Positions 1 to 14,183 of a DNA stretch of 64,000 nucleotides are shown piece after piece; position 1 is the first letter of the stretch; the number at the start of each line of letters is the position of its first letter. The notes under the pieces were generated by a model. It was given only the letters and a program-made list of their open reading frames with translations. It was not told the DNA's origin and searched no databases. Made by a program: the position numbers and the translations under genes. The stretch is from Oopsacas minuta (lineage: Eukaryota > Animalia > Porifera), in contig JAKMXF010000244.1 in the NCBI GenBank assembly GCA_024704765.1, forward strand, positions 425,905 through 489,904. The letters are read 5' to 3'.

Positions 1-873
1 CTTGGATAAATTATGGACGCTCAAAAGTTTTCACGCTCGCTAAGCTTGCTAGTCTTGACGATTAGTCAACAGATTTGCTGTGGGGGATCATTTTGGAATA
101 TTATGAGGTATTTAAGTAGAATTATTTGATGCAACGATACTAAATAAGTGTCTGTAAAATCTCGGGACAGACAGTTGTATAAGTAAATCATTGCAACACA
201 TGAATGAAAGACCTAGAGATGAGTAGCATATAGTGCCAAAAAGTGCCTGGATCGTAGACAATAGGTTGCCAGATTTTCATAGGTCGAAACTCGGACAAGA
301 TTGGATTTAAAAATCAGCAACGTGTATTGAGGATTTCAATTCCATCAAATAATATACTTACATTGTATTATGATTATCCAGTCGATATAATATTCAATTT
401 GTTTGCAATAATTATCAGTTGACCAAATAATATTAATAGAATGGAATACTGGAGAAGATTTCATCAGTATAAATTCAAGAGCATGAAATCCGGAATCAGC
501 ACATTGAATTTACCGCCTTTTGCTGTTTGGAACAATCTTCTACGATTATTCAAAAGTTATATAATCGGGAAAATACATGGGCCGTATTCACTAAGCATAC
601 TTAAGTATGTAATTAGTACTTAAGTACTAAGTACATACTTAAACCGTATTCACTAAGATTAAAGCTCATACTTAAGTATGTACTTAAGTACAAAAGTAAG
701 TAACCTACCGAGGTTGCTTAAGTTATTCAAGCTCTATTTTAAGTTTCCAAACATATTACATTTATCGATAACATTGATGTAATCACTTCAATCACTCGTT
801 TTCTTTGATTAATTCATACTTTCACTATAAATTATGATTTTCTATGATGTTACAATATTACTAAATCGTATAT

Positions 874-1597
874 CTAAAGCTGCTGTTGTTGATCATTTTC
901 TAAAAGTCTCTGCTTTTTATGACGATAATAATCCCTCTGCTCTTCAATCAGCTGTAGTTGAGCCGAGAATACTTCCATCTGTTTAAGGAGCACTTCTCGT
1001 TGCAGAGGAAGTAAATCAGAGACCGATGTTGACTGTTCGATGCTCCTCTTACGCCTACGCCTTCCCTCTGACGACTGTTAACTACAGTAACTTCTGGTCC
1101 CTCAAACACTGGTGTTACTTCTCTGCTTTCACTAATCTCGGTGTGTGAAGGCAATGCTGTTGGGGCTTGAAACATATCAACACTACCACATATTCCAGTG
1201 AACGCTGGCGTACTTGAGAACATCTGGGATACTCTCTCCGTCACAGATGTGGATAATTCCCTATCAGAGCTTAGGATCCGGATGTCTTCATCCTCCACTT
1301 CACCAGCTTCATTTGGCCCTCCTCCTGTCCTCCTCGCTTCCCTTCGACTGGAATCCACACGGGCTTTTGCGGAACCTTTTAGATTGTTCCACTTCTCCTT
1401 TATATCTTTCACATCTCGGTTGTTGCCATGGATGGAATTGATTTTCTTCATAACGTTGTTCCAAAGCCTCGTCTTTTTTTGTTTATCTCCGCGCACTGAC
1501 CAGCAATACCTCTCAATATATCTCCAGCATCCTGGATTGCCTCAATGAGTGTATACTCCTCCTCCTTTGTCCAATTTACTTTGCGACCTTTGTCCAT
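874..1597 (-). pseudogene. Harbinger Myb/SANT-like DNA-binding protein, frameshifted
   Basis: MDKGRKVNWTKEEEYTLIEAI...RLWNNVMKKIN...DIKEKWNNLK...RRTGGGP trihelix signature; C-terminal coiled coil LLPLQREVLLKQME lies in another frame. Confidence 0.88.
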
Positions 1598-1864
1598 ACT
1601 CTTGCTTTGGAATATCAATAACCTCCACCAATTTATAGTTTTCATAATGCAACAACTAGCTCCCAATTCAAGTGCGATACTTGATACATTTCACAAGTAA
1701 TTATCCCAACTTCAAAGACCAACACCCTACTTAGATGATTCAGAACTACAAAGACCAACATCCTACTTAGATGTTTCAAAACTACAAAAATCCATGTTAC
1801 CTTATAATCACTAACTGTACAAAATGTTTTCATATCTACATCACAACATATATACTATGTGAAT

Positions 1865-2909
1865 TTAGTTGCTGAAATTATGAATAGAAAATTGATCTCT
1901 GTAATGCTTTGATGCCAGATGCCCAACAGTTTCTTCAAAGTCAAGAACATCATCCGGATAGGAATCATCGGAGACTTCATCTTCTAAGAGAGGTTGTTTC
2001 CACTGTATTGCTATGTTATGCAATACTGCACAAGCAACTATGATGGACAAACTTTATCTGGACTCATCCTGAGCGCTCCATGAAGACAGTGGAATCTTCG
2101 TTTCCATCGCCCAAATGTCTGTTCAACAATAACCCTTGTCCTCTTATGTGCATAGTTGTAGTTAGATTGGGGAGTAGATATTGGTTGGCGATAAGGAGTG
2201 AGTAAATATGGCCTCATCATGTAACCGCTATCTCCTAATATATGCTCCCCTATTGAAAAGGTATTTTCAACATGCATTCCAACACCTGAAATCGTCCAAA
2301 TCCGTGAATCGTGAACAGACCCAGGAAAACATGCCAATACATCACTAAACATTCCATCTGGTTGGCAAATAGCTTGGACATTAATGGAGTGGTAAAAATC
2401 CCGATTTATATAATCTGCTTCATTTTCCGAGGGTCTTTGGATTCGTATGTGTGTTCCGTCAACTAATCCTAGTACGCCTAGAAAGTGAGCAATCTCATAA
2501 AACTTGTTTTTGACTTCTACCCTCTTGAGACCACCAGGCAAACTAACAAACTGATGGTATATAGCTTACAACCCAGAGAAACATCTCGGATATAACGAGA
2601 GGCAGAAGCTTGGCTTACGTTTATCCCATCTCCACAAATTATCTGGAACGTTCCAGAAGCGAAAAATCGAAGTGCCACACAAACTTGCAAGTGAGGGGAA
2701 GCAGCATAAGAACGCTCGGTGAAATTCAAATAGTTAGCTACCAACTCTGTAATTTTAGATATTGAAACTCTAGAGAAACGGAAACGTCGAACAAGTTCCA
2801 TATCATCATAACAATCTAGGGGATCATTGAGATCCCTGAAAACTCGTTGACATGCCATTAAGGAAGAGGTTTCTTCTTCTGCGAGAAATAGTGGAATCAT
2901 CTGTGCCAT
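1865..2909 (-). pseudogene. Harbinger DDE_Tnp_4 (HARBI1-like) transposase, frameshifted
   Basis: Motifs GLVDGTHI, GSVHDSRI, LGDSGY, RVIVEQTFGRWKRRF. Frameshift plus TAA near 2570 and a second 1-nt deletion near 2047. Confidence 0.93.
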
Positions 2910-5900
2910 TTGTTTATATTAAAATACTTGAGTATTTATATATTATATTTGATTATAAATTGTATTTAGCAAAACATTCATTAGTGTAACTTGGAATGTA
3001 TAATTCAGAATGATATTATTTAACATTACGTACAAAGTAGTGCATTCCTTAGTAACAGATATGTTATATCATAAGCGTTCGAGGAATTCCTTGTAACATT
3101 ATTTGTGAAGTATTTCATGAACGTAAACCACAATATTATCGTGAGATCATGCATAAATCATGAAAAGTTTTGAAAATATATTCCTGAATGATTGAAAGTA
3201 ATTCTGTAAAGCAATTCATCAGAAAGTCACAAATTCATGAATATAAGTGATACTTAAGTATGTACTTAGTTAAGTACATACTTAAGTACGTACTTAACTC
3301 TTAGGGAATACGACTTAAGTACGTACTTAACTAAGTACATACTTAGTACTTAAGTACTAAGTATGCTTAGTGAATACGGCGGCATGTCTTTTACATTATC
3401 CATGGTTAATTTGAAAAATACTTTATTCATAAATATAATATATATAATCAATGCTACCTTAAAATTTAAATATTCAATGAATCGATATTCTACATTACTA
3501 AAAGCGCCTTTTGTTAAACTAATAAATATTTATCACTAAGAACAATAGAATTATTACCAAAGACATAATGCTACTTGTATATAATGAATAGATTTCATTT
3601 TACCTTCATGAAAACAACTATAATCAATATAAAAATTCCAGAAAAGTACGAAGGTGCAGAATTTTTCTCTATCGAAAGGTGAAATTTTGGTACCTTCCTT
3701 TCTAAATTTTGCTAGAATCCTGAACAAAGTTTGACCAGTGTGAATTAGTGGCACATGATGTCCGATTGATTAGGAGAGAGGATAAGTACATACAACGAAT
3801 ATGTTCAATTTTTCTCAAACCACAGCATAATTCCATCCTATTTTATCTGCAGGTCTTTCTCGGAGAAAAATATATGGGCACCTATTTCAATACTGTGCAA
3901 CTATACGAAAGTATAGTCGGCACAGTAAAAAAGAAAAAATATTTAATGGAAATGAATTTACGAATGATATTCAAGAAAAGGATTAACTTGAATTTAGAGC
4001 GCGCCGCCAATGTTTTTTGGCAGAAAAACCGCTGCCGACAATATTAACCAAAACAATAATTAGAGTAACAAAAATGCTAAGTAGAGTTAAGCATATCCTC
4101 TTTAGTTACCCAACTGAAATTCTTGCCAATAGAAGAGGTCCCGTTGGTCACCTGTAAATGAGTCCTATTTGGGAGGTACTACATGTAGTTCCTGAAGGTT
4201 TTTGTATTAAAGTCACAATTGTGTTCAATATCTCTTCAATCCAAATAAGACACCTAAACTATTGCTCTTTGATGAGTATATTAATCTTTAAGCTCACAAC
4301 GGTGTTAGGTTAATCTACTGTAAGACAAAAATGGAAGGAATATGATTGAAATTAAGTAGCGTCAGGAAATTTTCATTCACTACTATATAGCTATTTACAT
4401 CATTGACCTGCCCTATGTAGAAAATATGCATGTACTGGTTATGCACCTGACAGACTCACTGCAGGCCTTTATTTGGGTGCACCTAACGGGCACAGGCGTG
4501 CGATTTTAGAAAAAATTATGAGGGTGCGCGATAAAAGAACTATATCATGTGCTATCCCCATGTACGTTATACATTAGGGTGCGGGGGTTGCCTAACTCTA
4601 GATCGAGCCCTGACTCAACGGTATCACATTCTGATATCTCTGGAAGCTATATAGGTATGTATCTTTCCCTGGAAATTAAATAATTCTTACATTTGAATTC
4701 AAGAGGCCATCAAAATAAATATTCATGAAAATTTAGACACAAATAGTTAAGAGATTATCATGATAGTAATAATGTCCGTATCTAACGCGGTAGATGTTGA
4801 CATATTCCAAATGTCAACATCTACCCTAGCAGTTTTACAATATTCTGTTCATCATTATGGTTCTGCAATGTTGATGTAATGTAAATCGGATCTATATGCA
4901 GGGGCGGCCTGATATCTGGCAAACCCCGACAAATAATTGCTATTATAGGAAGTTTGTGAGACCTGGGGAAGATGGGGCAAGAATTTATACATCATTTAAT
5001 CTTTACTGAACAATCCGCCAATCATAAAGTTTATGTGTATCCCATAGTTAATAAACAACCAAGATATAAGTATTCAGATACCCGCATCTAATTAAACCTA
5101 AAAGTATGTCTGTGATTCATGGCCTGAATTGATTATTGTGAAATCAGTTTTAGACGAATAGCTTGTCATGTTATGTACCTAATAATGTTTAAAAATATCC
5201 AAAACGTGGCAAAAGTATTCAACATCAAGGAACATACAATTATAACATAGTTTTCAGCAACATGAAAGCTTTACCTCATTAGCTCACTGTGTCAAAGTTG
5301 CTTCCTTCCAACGCCACTGGCTGTACTTATTATGTAATCAATTTTTAATTCATTAGCATTGAGTGGATTGGGCTTATCTAGTTCGGAATATCAAACTTAT
5401 CGATGTATTATGCCTATTTTTGTTCCAAACATTTCAAATTGAATAGGCTCTACCCGATAGAGATTTCTGAATATCGGATAATTCTATCTAAAAGGGGGAC
5501 AAGATGTACAAAGTAACTGTTATATACTAGTCTTTTCATTCTAGGGTTTGGGCCTGAGGTAAAGAGTACACCGATCATTTTATCACAATTCACTACTTGT
5601 TATGTGAACTAATACCGAAAATAACGATGAAAATATACCATCATTAACGGAAAATTCCAATTGATAAAATTGGTCACTCAATTATGTTCGCGTAAAATTT
5701 CCCACGCAGTAATAGCTCAGTACTGTGACAACATTCCATTAATAGAGAAACTACAGATGATGACCAACTAGAGAGAACTATCTCGTTGATATGGGGACTA
5801 TTCAATATACAATAATATTGGAATATATGCATTTGGTGAGAGAGATGTAGGCCATAGTTTGTCATAATGTACAAAAGTTGCGAGTGTATGGAAATTCGTT

Positions 5901-6611
5901 AATCCAACAACCGAACGAGATTAAGTAAAAAAAGATGCCCAGCTAGCCTAGCGACGTCGAACAAGGGATCATCGATGGGTTGGACCGGATTTTGAGAAGG
6001 AATGATGCAACAATCATGAGGCCTGGGTAGATATGGAAAGAAAATCTCCACAAATTTCCAGTGACGATCTAAAGGATGTGAAAACTTTAGCTTAGCACGA
6101 ATATCGATCGTTTTGGTTTAAATGAAGGCGCAATAATAATTTCACGATATAAAACCTTGTCCAAAAGTGGCAAAAAAACAAAGCTGTTGAATATAATTTC
6201 TAGAAATTTTTGTTATTAGTACACATAACGAAGAGTGATATCTGAAAAAATGGTCGGTACTATTTACCTCAAGGTAAAGGTCTAGATTGACTAGGCTGAA
6301 TATTTAGTAGCAGATAATATAAGTATCTGTATTCTCAAAATTTAATATATGATCCGGAAGACCCCAGTTCGTATCTTGAGCATACAGAGATATTTAGTGC
6401 TTGGATCAACAGATTCAGGTCTCGACCAAAGAATTAGACAATTAAAATATGGCGTTTTTGAGAGAATTCACATTGTTTGTAAGTAAGTTATTCACCCGTA
6501 TTGTGCTTTGAAATGACTGGAGATGAGAATACTTTTGAATTTTAGGAGTACACCAAAAGAGAAGGATTTATGAATCATATATTACAAATCAATGAAATAC
6601 ATATATCTTAC

Positions 6612-6827
6612 CAGAATGGGTCATAATATATAAGACAACTGTTGAAAAAGTGGAAATATATGTAGAATCAACAATATAATCTGATTTCAAACAAAAATAA
6701 TATAGCGGAGAAATTGAATCGGTAGACAAGTCAAAAAGTTTAATAAATTCAGAAGTAACAATTCCAAGAGTTGTTTTTGAAAGTGGGAGCCAATACGCTT
6801 TAACAATATAGTTGGAATCTTGTATCC
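6612..6827 (-). CDS. UBR4: UBR4 exon (beta-propeller region); 3' boundary could instead be 6601
   Basis: Acceptor TATTTATTTAG; donor G|GTAAGA (216 nt, phase 1-1) or the weaker TAT|GTATTT at 6601. NYIVKAYWLPLSKTTLGIVTSEFIKLFDLSTDSISPLYYF versus [40 protein letters not shown]. Confidence 0.92.
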
Positions 6828-8739
6828 CTAAATAAATAGAATTAAATAATATGAATCTCAAAATAGCTTAATTAAATCCAGAACAAAACTTAAAAAACTC
6901 TATTACAATGAAGTCTGTGCCGACCCAATTGTAATCGTAATTTACCTTAGGCCATCAGATTAAGCATACTTTGTTAAACCTATAAATCAATTGAGACCAT
7001 GCCCTACGAATATACTCAGATTTCAATTATTCGTTTGTATCATGTTCATAAATCAACAATAACTATGCTATGTACATAATATGAAACTAGAAAAATGCAA
7101 AATTGGGAATCGGCTTTCACACCTTAGTTCGTGTTGCAATTATGTGGATAAATACCATATTATTGCTTTTTGAGGCAATATGCTCATCCCATATGCTCTG
7201 ATCTTGAATTATTGTTAACTGCTGAGAGTATTCTTTTATACAAAAACTGGAATTTGTAACTTAACCTTTGTTAATATGAATACATTGCCATTATATATGC
7301 AATCGCGATGCGATTGCACATAAATACTGCCGAAATTTTGTCACATTGATCAAAAGTGTAGCATCTGAAAATTCCTAACTGGCAGAATCCGTGGCTCTAT
7401 ATTTTCTTACTTCTTAAAATCTAAGGAGTTATGAGTTAATGGTTAGAAATTAAGTAATTCGATTAATCGAATATACTTTTGGTATCAGTTAACTGGATAT
7501 AGCGGCGGTAAATCGGTTTAGCGGGTATCCAAATCCAGCATTGTCTCACAGTATAATTCTATAACCACTTGATGAATCAATTTAATATCAACAAATTTCT
7601 AATGGGTGGTTTTCTGCTTTGACTAAATAATTCTTAGGCAAACCTGTCGATGTTGGTGAAATGGCTGGATGACTTGACATGAAATTCTTCATAATATTTG
7701 TATATTCAGGATAGAAGAACCCTTATTATTTTTCCAATGAAGAATGTTATTACTCGAAGAACGATCTTGAATAACTAAACATTTTTTCACCTTAATTATA
7801 TAACCTAGTGTTGCATATTGCTACGAAGTTATGGACCTACACAGGACCGGACCACTGAAGGATCAAGCCAATCAAGGACTGAATGCGACTGATATTATAA
7901 CAAATTAGTAAGCCTTATCCAATATTGGATCCGTGTTAACCGATTTTGTATGCATGATATCGCTGTACATATATTGAATAACAGGTAGAAAACCATATCT
8001 AATACATTGGGTTATTATAAATACGCCCAAGCACACCAATATATATTTGATACTGCAAAGGATGACTAATCAGTCGGGACTGGACAGCTACAACTCTAAT
8101 ATTTCACAACTATCTTCCCTCTACACTAGAATTTGTGTTTCTGAAAATCTTTGTTTCAAACTCCATCAATTTTCTTTAGCGTAGAGATTAAGCCACCTAA
8201 TATAGTATGTAACTCGTAGTGACGTCTAGTTATGCACCTGACATTTGACAAACTTCTAATGTGTATATTTTCATCAATTTCTATATAAAATGCAAATCTC
8301 TAAATATGGTAGAGAAGTACTATCAACCGACATATCGGGTTAATCAAGTACGCTGCATCCGAATTTCGCGTTTTCAGGTTTCTCATATTTAAATTTATTG
8401 GTTTTTTATGAATTTAAAGCAAACTAATAATTGAATATTGAAATAACCATATTCGTAGGGAGACTTGCAGTGAACTGCTACTAATCGTAATCAATTAAAC
8501 TATGACATTGCGTTCTGGGAAAGTTTGGGAACTTAATTTGGATTTTACTTAGTTCCTAGTATTATTACACTATATTGGTAATTTGATTTGGTTATCCTAC
8601 AAATCCTTCAAGTTACTTAAATTTCCTTTGTGGAGCTGTTTTATAATTTGTAAAAAAATTCCCAAATGTTGGAAATCTCGTACATGGTTTCTAATATTTT
8701 CCTCGATTATTATCATGCATTGGTATAGGATAAATTACA

Positions 8740-9420
8740 TCATAATCTTCTGAGACAGGACGCCAAACTGTATCACAAATTTATGGAAATATAGATATAT
8801 ACTCAAAAGCAGGATCATTGTAGAAATATACTATCCATGGTAACTGCAATACCTCAGGAATGTGACAACTATTTCATTAAAGGGTTTAGTGAAGACTATT
8901 TAGATAATTCAGATATAGTCCTGGAATCGAATTGACATAACTAAAATTAAACAGAGGGTAAAAGTTTATAATAAGGTGCATATTTCGCATCAGATGAGGT
9001 CATTTCGACCTGAAAAATGTCTTTGATCAACGTGCACAATTATGATATCAGCAAAATTAATCGAATTGGCAATATGTGTAAATACATCACTCCACAGTCC
9101 TTGGTTCTGATATTGATCGAGTGCCATCGCAAATAGGGTAGATCCATGAACAAAAGTGGGAGGGGGACTAATTATATAAGGTGAATACTGTAACTGCTAG
9201 ATTGCTCACTGCATATTTTGGAAAATAGTTGAGCATTTACAACCACAAATACAACTAAAGTTAAAGTGATGATATCAATTTGCTATATTATACTATTAAT
9301 GTTATTAAACTGTGATCGGTATGTATACAAGAATAAATTAAGCTTTTGCTGGAATATAATAGTGATATAGCTAATGAATTACCATAATCTGGGAAAATTT
9401 GAAAACCTTGACAAGTTGTT
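8740..9420. repeat. Unclassified diverged repeat; second copy at about 15150-15990 in the same orientation
   Basis: Collinear shared blocks AATACCTCAGGAATGTGA, CTGGAATCGAA, CAACGTG..AATTATGATATCAG, GAAAATAGTTGAGCATTT, TGATATCAATTTG. Confidence 0.75.
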
Positions 9421-11684
9421 AAAGATATATTACACAGAGTATATAAGAATCGTTTTCCGGGAGATGTTTCATATACTGGATATATTCACATAAACGATAG
9501 TCACTGCTTCAGAACCAGTTATTACATCAACATACATTTCAACTTGTATTTCAATCAAGATAGTACAGTGGTGGTTAAACTAGGCACTTTCTGATATAAA
9601 GAAATTATTTTTGATTTAGTGGGGTTTGCTGAGTAGGGGTCAGGGGTTGTAAGGGTAATATTTACCCCACTTAATCTAATAACCATAATCTGTTTCTAGG
9701 TCACAAATGAGAAACTAAAAATTTTATTGTCTTTCAGGAAAGTAGCTCCACCACAAATATTATTTCGCCCGTCTGAGAGATTATCAATAGGCTACTATCT
9801 AGGAAATACTGTATATATTCGAACACATGATCTGAATTTCCTGACTGGGCTGAAGGAATTGCTTCATTTGTCATCATTTGCTCGAGCAATAGCCTATTTA
9901 GCTAATTTTGGTAATATTTGAGCCCCTGTACTTAATCGTGTTTTTGCAGAAAATATTCCATCCATGCAAGGAATTAATGACATGATTTGTTTAAGAGAAA
10001 GGTGAAGGTGAAACTTTGCCCCATTCTTCCGTTCCTATGCAAAAAATTAATTAGAGTATAGCCTTATCTGGAAGAATATTGATGATAGATATCTACAAAC
10101 GATTTCATTAAATCCGAAATACGCTACTTCCGATTTAGAGATAATGCAGATTTTCTGTGTCGATCATAATATAGTGTAGTGGGCCAAGATTGAAATTGTT
10201 GCCTTTATTATTATCATTTTTCAGAACTACACCATTGCTCACATGTTGTCCATTGAACTACGTAAGGCTCTCGATCACGTTACCACTAAGTAAATATCAC
10301 AAACTATCAATACTGGAGTCCACTACACCAACTAGTTCGCTTCAAATTGACAAAATATATCACTTAGAGGTACAAAGGAATGAAATGAAGTAGCAAGCTC
10401 AAAGTCTTAGAGTGGCAATTCTTGGGCTTGTGAAAGTGAGCTTAGGAAGTTCTGACGTTTTTTGCTACTGTGGCTGTTCGCGGAAGTGACGTTTTTGCCT
10501 TTAGTTGACCCAACTTGTGAATCGGTCAACTGAGAAGTGGTGAATACATCACACCAGAAATATTGGATTGAAAAGTGGATTAGGACTAGCATGTTCTTTT
10601 AAAGGTGGCTGTTGACTAATCTATCATGGTTATTGCTTCCTTGTTGACAATTAATTAATCAATCATTAACGTTGTTAGAAATCAACAACTCAAAAAATTT
10701 AATGTAACAAATTAGTGAAACAAATATTACAGATATATACATGTGGCGCCTCATAGGTTCGTCCCAGGCGACAGCTCTCTCCATTAATCTAGCACTGATT
10801 GCGCGTGAATAATAGAATCGTGTAAGCTGACATAGACAGGATTTAGTATAAAATTATGCAAAATTTGAGGAGGATTTTCAAAAGTGGGAAAAGTTCAGAG
10901 TACTATTAAGAATACATAAGTTACCGAAATCAAATGATACCTTGTAGACAGGAACAATATTGGTTTTTGGAGACAAGTGCAACATCCATGTAGTACAATG
11001 GCAGGACAGCTATCCTCAAAAGTTGGACTGAGCAGATTAGGGCCCCAAACAAAGTCCAGAGGTGGCAGAATCGTATCGGAACTATAGAGATTGCAGTTAC
11101 CAAAGCACTATCATGAATTTTAGCCAATCCAGAAGCTGAAGTATCGTACAAGTCACTAGTCTCAAACATCGTTTGAATATATTATATAGTAAGATAACTA
11201 TCCTGATAGATATTATATACAGTGTTCTAGCTAACTAATAATTATCGAAAATTAGGAAAGGAATGCTATGGGAAATAATGCAATCAGGAGCAATTGAGGA
11301 AATAAGGTGGATCTTTAAGGTTACACTAGTTCTCGAGAAATTGTCTCATTTTACGATTTATAAACTTGAATCAGCTTCACAATCGTTGAAGTGACACAAA
11401 GTACATAGTTAATTCAGAAATGTACTCCATATACAGGACCGAAAATGTGTGTCATAACCTTTAGGGGTATTTAGGCCCGAATTTGCATTTTTCGCAAATC
11501 ATTTCACTTGAGCGAAATTTGGTTGTGTCCTTTGTGACTAATTAAGCACTGTGTTCAGCTCAAAATCATAAATTAGTTTTCATTATCATTCCGTGTGTCT
11601 AAAACATCTGGTTATCGATTTACAACATCTCGTTGAAAACTGTGATAATTTAAAATTATCATTAAATGCGTATTTATATTCACC

Positions 11685-12135
11685 GAGAAACAGTAAACAC
11701 AATCTCTCCGTTTCGAATATTCGATGAAAGGATAAGTATCATACCAGTGGGCTGAGAAAGAAGGATTCTTCTTACTCTTACAAATTCTTGTCTTTGGGAA
11801 TGACTTGAGAATTCGTTGAACTGGGTTGTCACCACAATAATGTGCAAGGTCAAGTGCAACAGTAGTGATTGGGAGTCATGCATAAAACCTTTGTTAATAC
11901 AATTATTGGTAGAAAGAGTATTGCTTGTAAGGGACGGAATCAGGCAATGTCAAGATGTGGGAGTTGGTGACATTGAACAACTGCAGTCAATGTGTTGACT
12001 TCCCAATTTAGATGAAATAAGGCTATTTTGGTCTAGAGTTCGGGTAGCTAACATATCCATATGAATATTATTTAGATCCTCCTTACTCTTCGTAGAACCC
12101 ACCTTCAAACTCAGACAAGGATTTTGGCGTTTCAT
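11685..12135 (-). mobile_element. Relic of a ZMYM1-like (ZnF_TTF) hAT transposase N-terminus
   Basis: A frame not shown in the ORF track reads DLAHYCGDNPVQRILKSFPKTRICKSKKNPSFSAHWYDTYPFIEYSKRRDCVYCFS, the TTF zinc-finger signature FP....RSF...W...Y.WLEYS...D..FCF.C; MKRQ start at 12135. Confidence 0.75.
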
Positions 12136-13793
12136 CCAGCCAACACAACTATTTGTGCGACATAATACACTCATAGAGAAAGGATGAGCGTATGTAGTGT
12201 GTGAAATTATGAAGAAGAACAAAATATATAGTATTAGTTAATAGAATTCGTTGAAATCTAGGGAGAAGCTGAGTATTTGGAAGGGTAGAATCTAGAACTG
12301 TTCTATATTATTATAATGCTCTCAAAGTTGTGCCAATATAACTTGCATAATAGACATTTTATGGATTAAATTTCAGTTCTGATGTATTTAAATAGTTTAG
12401 CTTTTATGATTTGAACTTGTGCTATTTATACATCAATTGATGGTTATTTTCCAGTTGAATAATATGGAATCTAAAATGATACTGCTTCAAACATTGCAAA
12501 TGTAATTTTCTAATAAACCTAACTAGATTTAGAAATCCTATAAATAGACTCCCCCATCTTTAAAATGAAATACTTTAATTTACTTCACATGACAGCTGAT
12601 CAATTGAATAAATAAAGTAATATACTATTTCCTCTACAAAACAAGCTTAGAAGTACGATCCCAGGAAGCAAACGAAAAATATTCACTACAATGTTGTAAT
12701 TAAGAAACTTTGATAAATATGTAAATGAGGAATTCGAACTTTATACTAGAATCTCATATTCGACTAAATTTGTAAATTATTTTAATGTTACATGTTCAAA
12801 GTAGCATTAAACCTACTGAAAATATAGTACGAATAATATATTGAGATTCTAGGCAATAATCAAATTTTATCAATTTCATATTATGCTACATTAACAAACC
12901 ATTATACAAAAACATAGATTTCGTAAATAAGACGATAAGATAGAGATAGTTCATAAAAATATGCTAACAACGATAATTTTCGCACTTGTTAACATATAAA
13001 AATTATAATCTCAAGTATTCTATATATGCAGAGATTTATTTCACTTTATGCATTCTGGGCTATACACGCGTCGGTTTGCGTGTAATCATGTATTTTGAGT
13101 AGTATTCGATTGATTTAACCGAATATTATCAGTATTCGGTAGGCTCATCGAGAAATATCAGTCTGCAATTCATGAATACTGATATTTGGTTAGAGCGGTT
13201 TTAGACTTGAGATTTATGAAGTTTAGCGAAGTAACAAAGAAATTCTCAGTTGGATAGAAATTCCAGGGGAGGGAATAGGTCCCTAATGCCCAGCTGGATA
13301 AGGACATAGGACTCCGATAGATTTGTTATGGTCTGTATCAGGCCATGGTATTATGATAAAGCGCAATAGAGCTACTTGAAAATGTTTCCAAGAGTCATGA
13401 AAAACTCAAATGTTTAGTATACAAGTACATCACAAATCATTGCATAAATAACCTCGAACCTCTCTTTTCGGACAGTGCCGGAACTCAGAATTTGACCGGA
13501 TCTAAGAAATAATATCGACACTATGGGAGATCTAATTATAGCACATATACTGAATATCGAAATGTTTCGAAAAGGAGAATCTAGATGTTTCAACGGTGTT
13601 GATTACAAGAAACGTGTTAGATATCAAGTACTAGTAAAGGCAGCTCAATTATATGGAACATTTACTGAAAACGGCCAAATAAATTCAATCCCTTAGAAAA
13701 ATGATGCTAGGTTTGGGATGTTCCCGTATCTAGGAGGTCCGGATAAGAGAGGTTAGAGCGTACAGCAAAAGTATAATAGCCTAAATAACTTAC

Positions 13794-14183
13794 CAACTTG
13801 AACAGGTAAGACCTTATCATTAATCTGTCCAATTTGATTTATCACATAGACGCAGCAATCCCGGATACCACAGAATGCAATAAAATTCTCACATAATGGG
13901 TTGTAACACATGGATATGATAGTAAACGGAGCAATCATGCTAGAAATTTTGGTAATAGCAATTTTCTTCTTATTGTTGTTGGTATCAGTTTTAAATATTG
14001 ATGAACGATTTATTGTAGAGAACCTCCCTTTATCCATTGAAACTAATAAATATTCAGCATCCATGAATCCAATACCGTTAACAGAACAAAGAGAGTTACG
14101 AATAACGGAAAAGGAAGTCAGAAGAGATTCGGTATTTCCACAACTATCTTCATTGAAAGTGAATTTAAGATTTTCAAAAGAGC
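13794..14183 (-). CDS. UBR4: UBR4 exon (start of beta-propeller region)
   Basis: Acceptor TCTTTTTATTAG, donor G|GTAAGT; 390 nt, phase 1-1. SFENLK...LVSMDKGRFS...KKKIAITKISSMIAPFTIISMCYNPLCENFIAFCGIRDCCV versus AFENVR...AVSHEKGKIT...[41 protein letters not shown]. Confidence 0.95.

Larger units (their letters stand above)
580..3383 (-). mobile_element. PIF/Harbinger DNA transposon, copy 1 (defective)
   Basis: TIRs GCCGTATTCACTAAGCATACTTA at both ends; subterminal arrays of the palindrome TACTTAAGTA; 3-bp direct flank ATG/ATG; carries HARBI1-like DDE nuclease and Myb/SANT genes in tandem. Confidence 0.95.

Noticed and set aside
590-720. Regular TACTTAAGTA arrays and the 46.7-kb tandem array as CRISPR-like repeats
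   Set aside because: No unique spacers, no cas genes, eukaryotic context; these are transposon subterminal binding sites and a minisatellite.
1198-1548. Antisense ORFs over transposases and exons (also 13910-14209, 24571-24921, 54819-55130, 58981-59322)
   Set aside because: Shadow frames of real coding sequence on the opposite strand.
4110-4151. Candidate next UBR4 exon (42 nt, AG/GT bounded, phase 1-1, GDQRDLFYWQEFQL)
   Set aside because: Similarity to the expected UBR4 continuation is too weak to call without RNA-seq or a profile alignment.
11680-12222. 543-nt minus-strand frame interrupted by a single TGA (possible selenocysteine or readthrough)
   Set aside because: The recognisable protein signal (TTF zinc finger) is in a different frame, so this is a frameshifted hAT relic; no SECIS was identified, and the spliced UBR4 exons contain no in-frame TGA.
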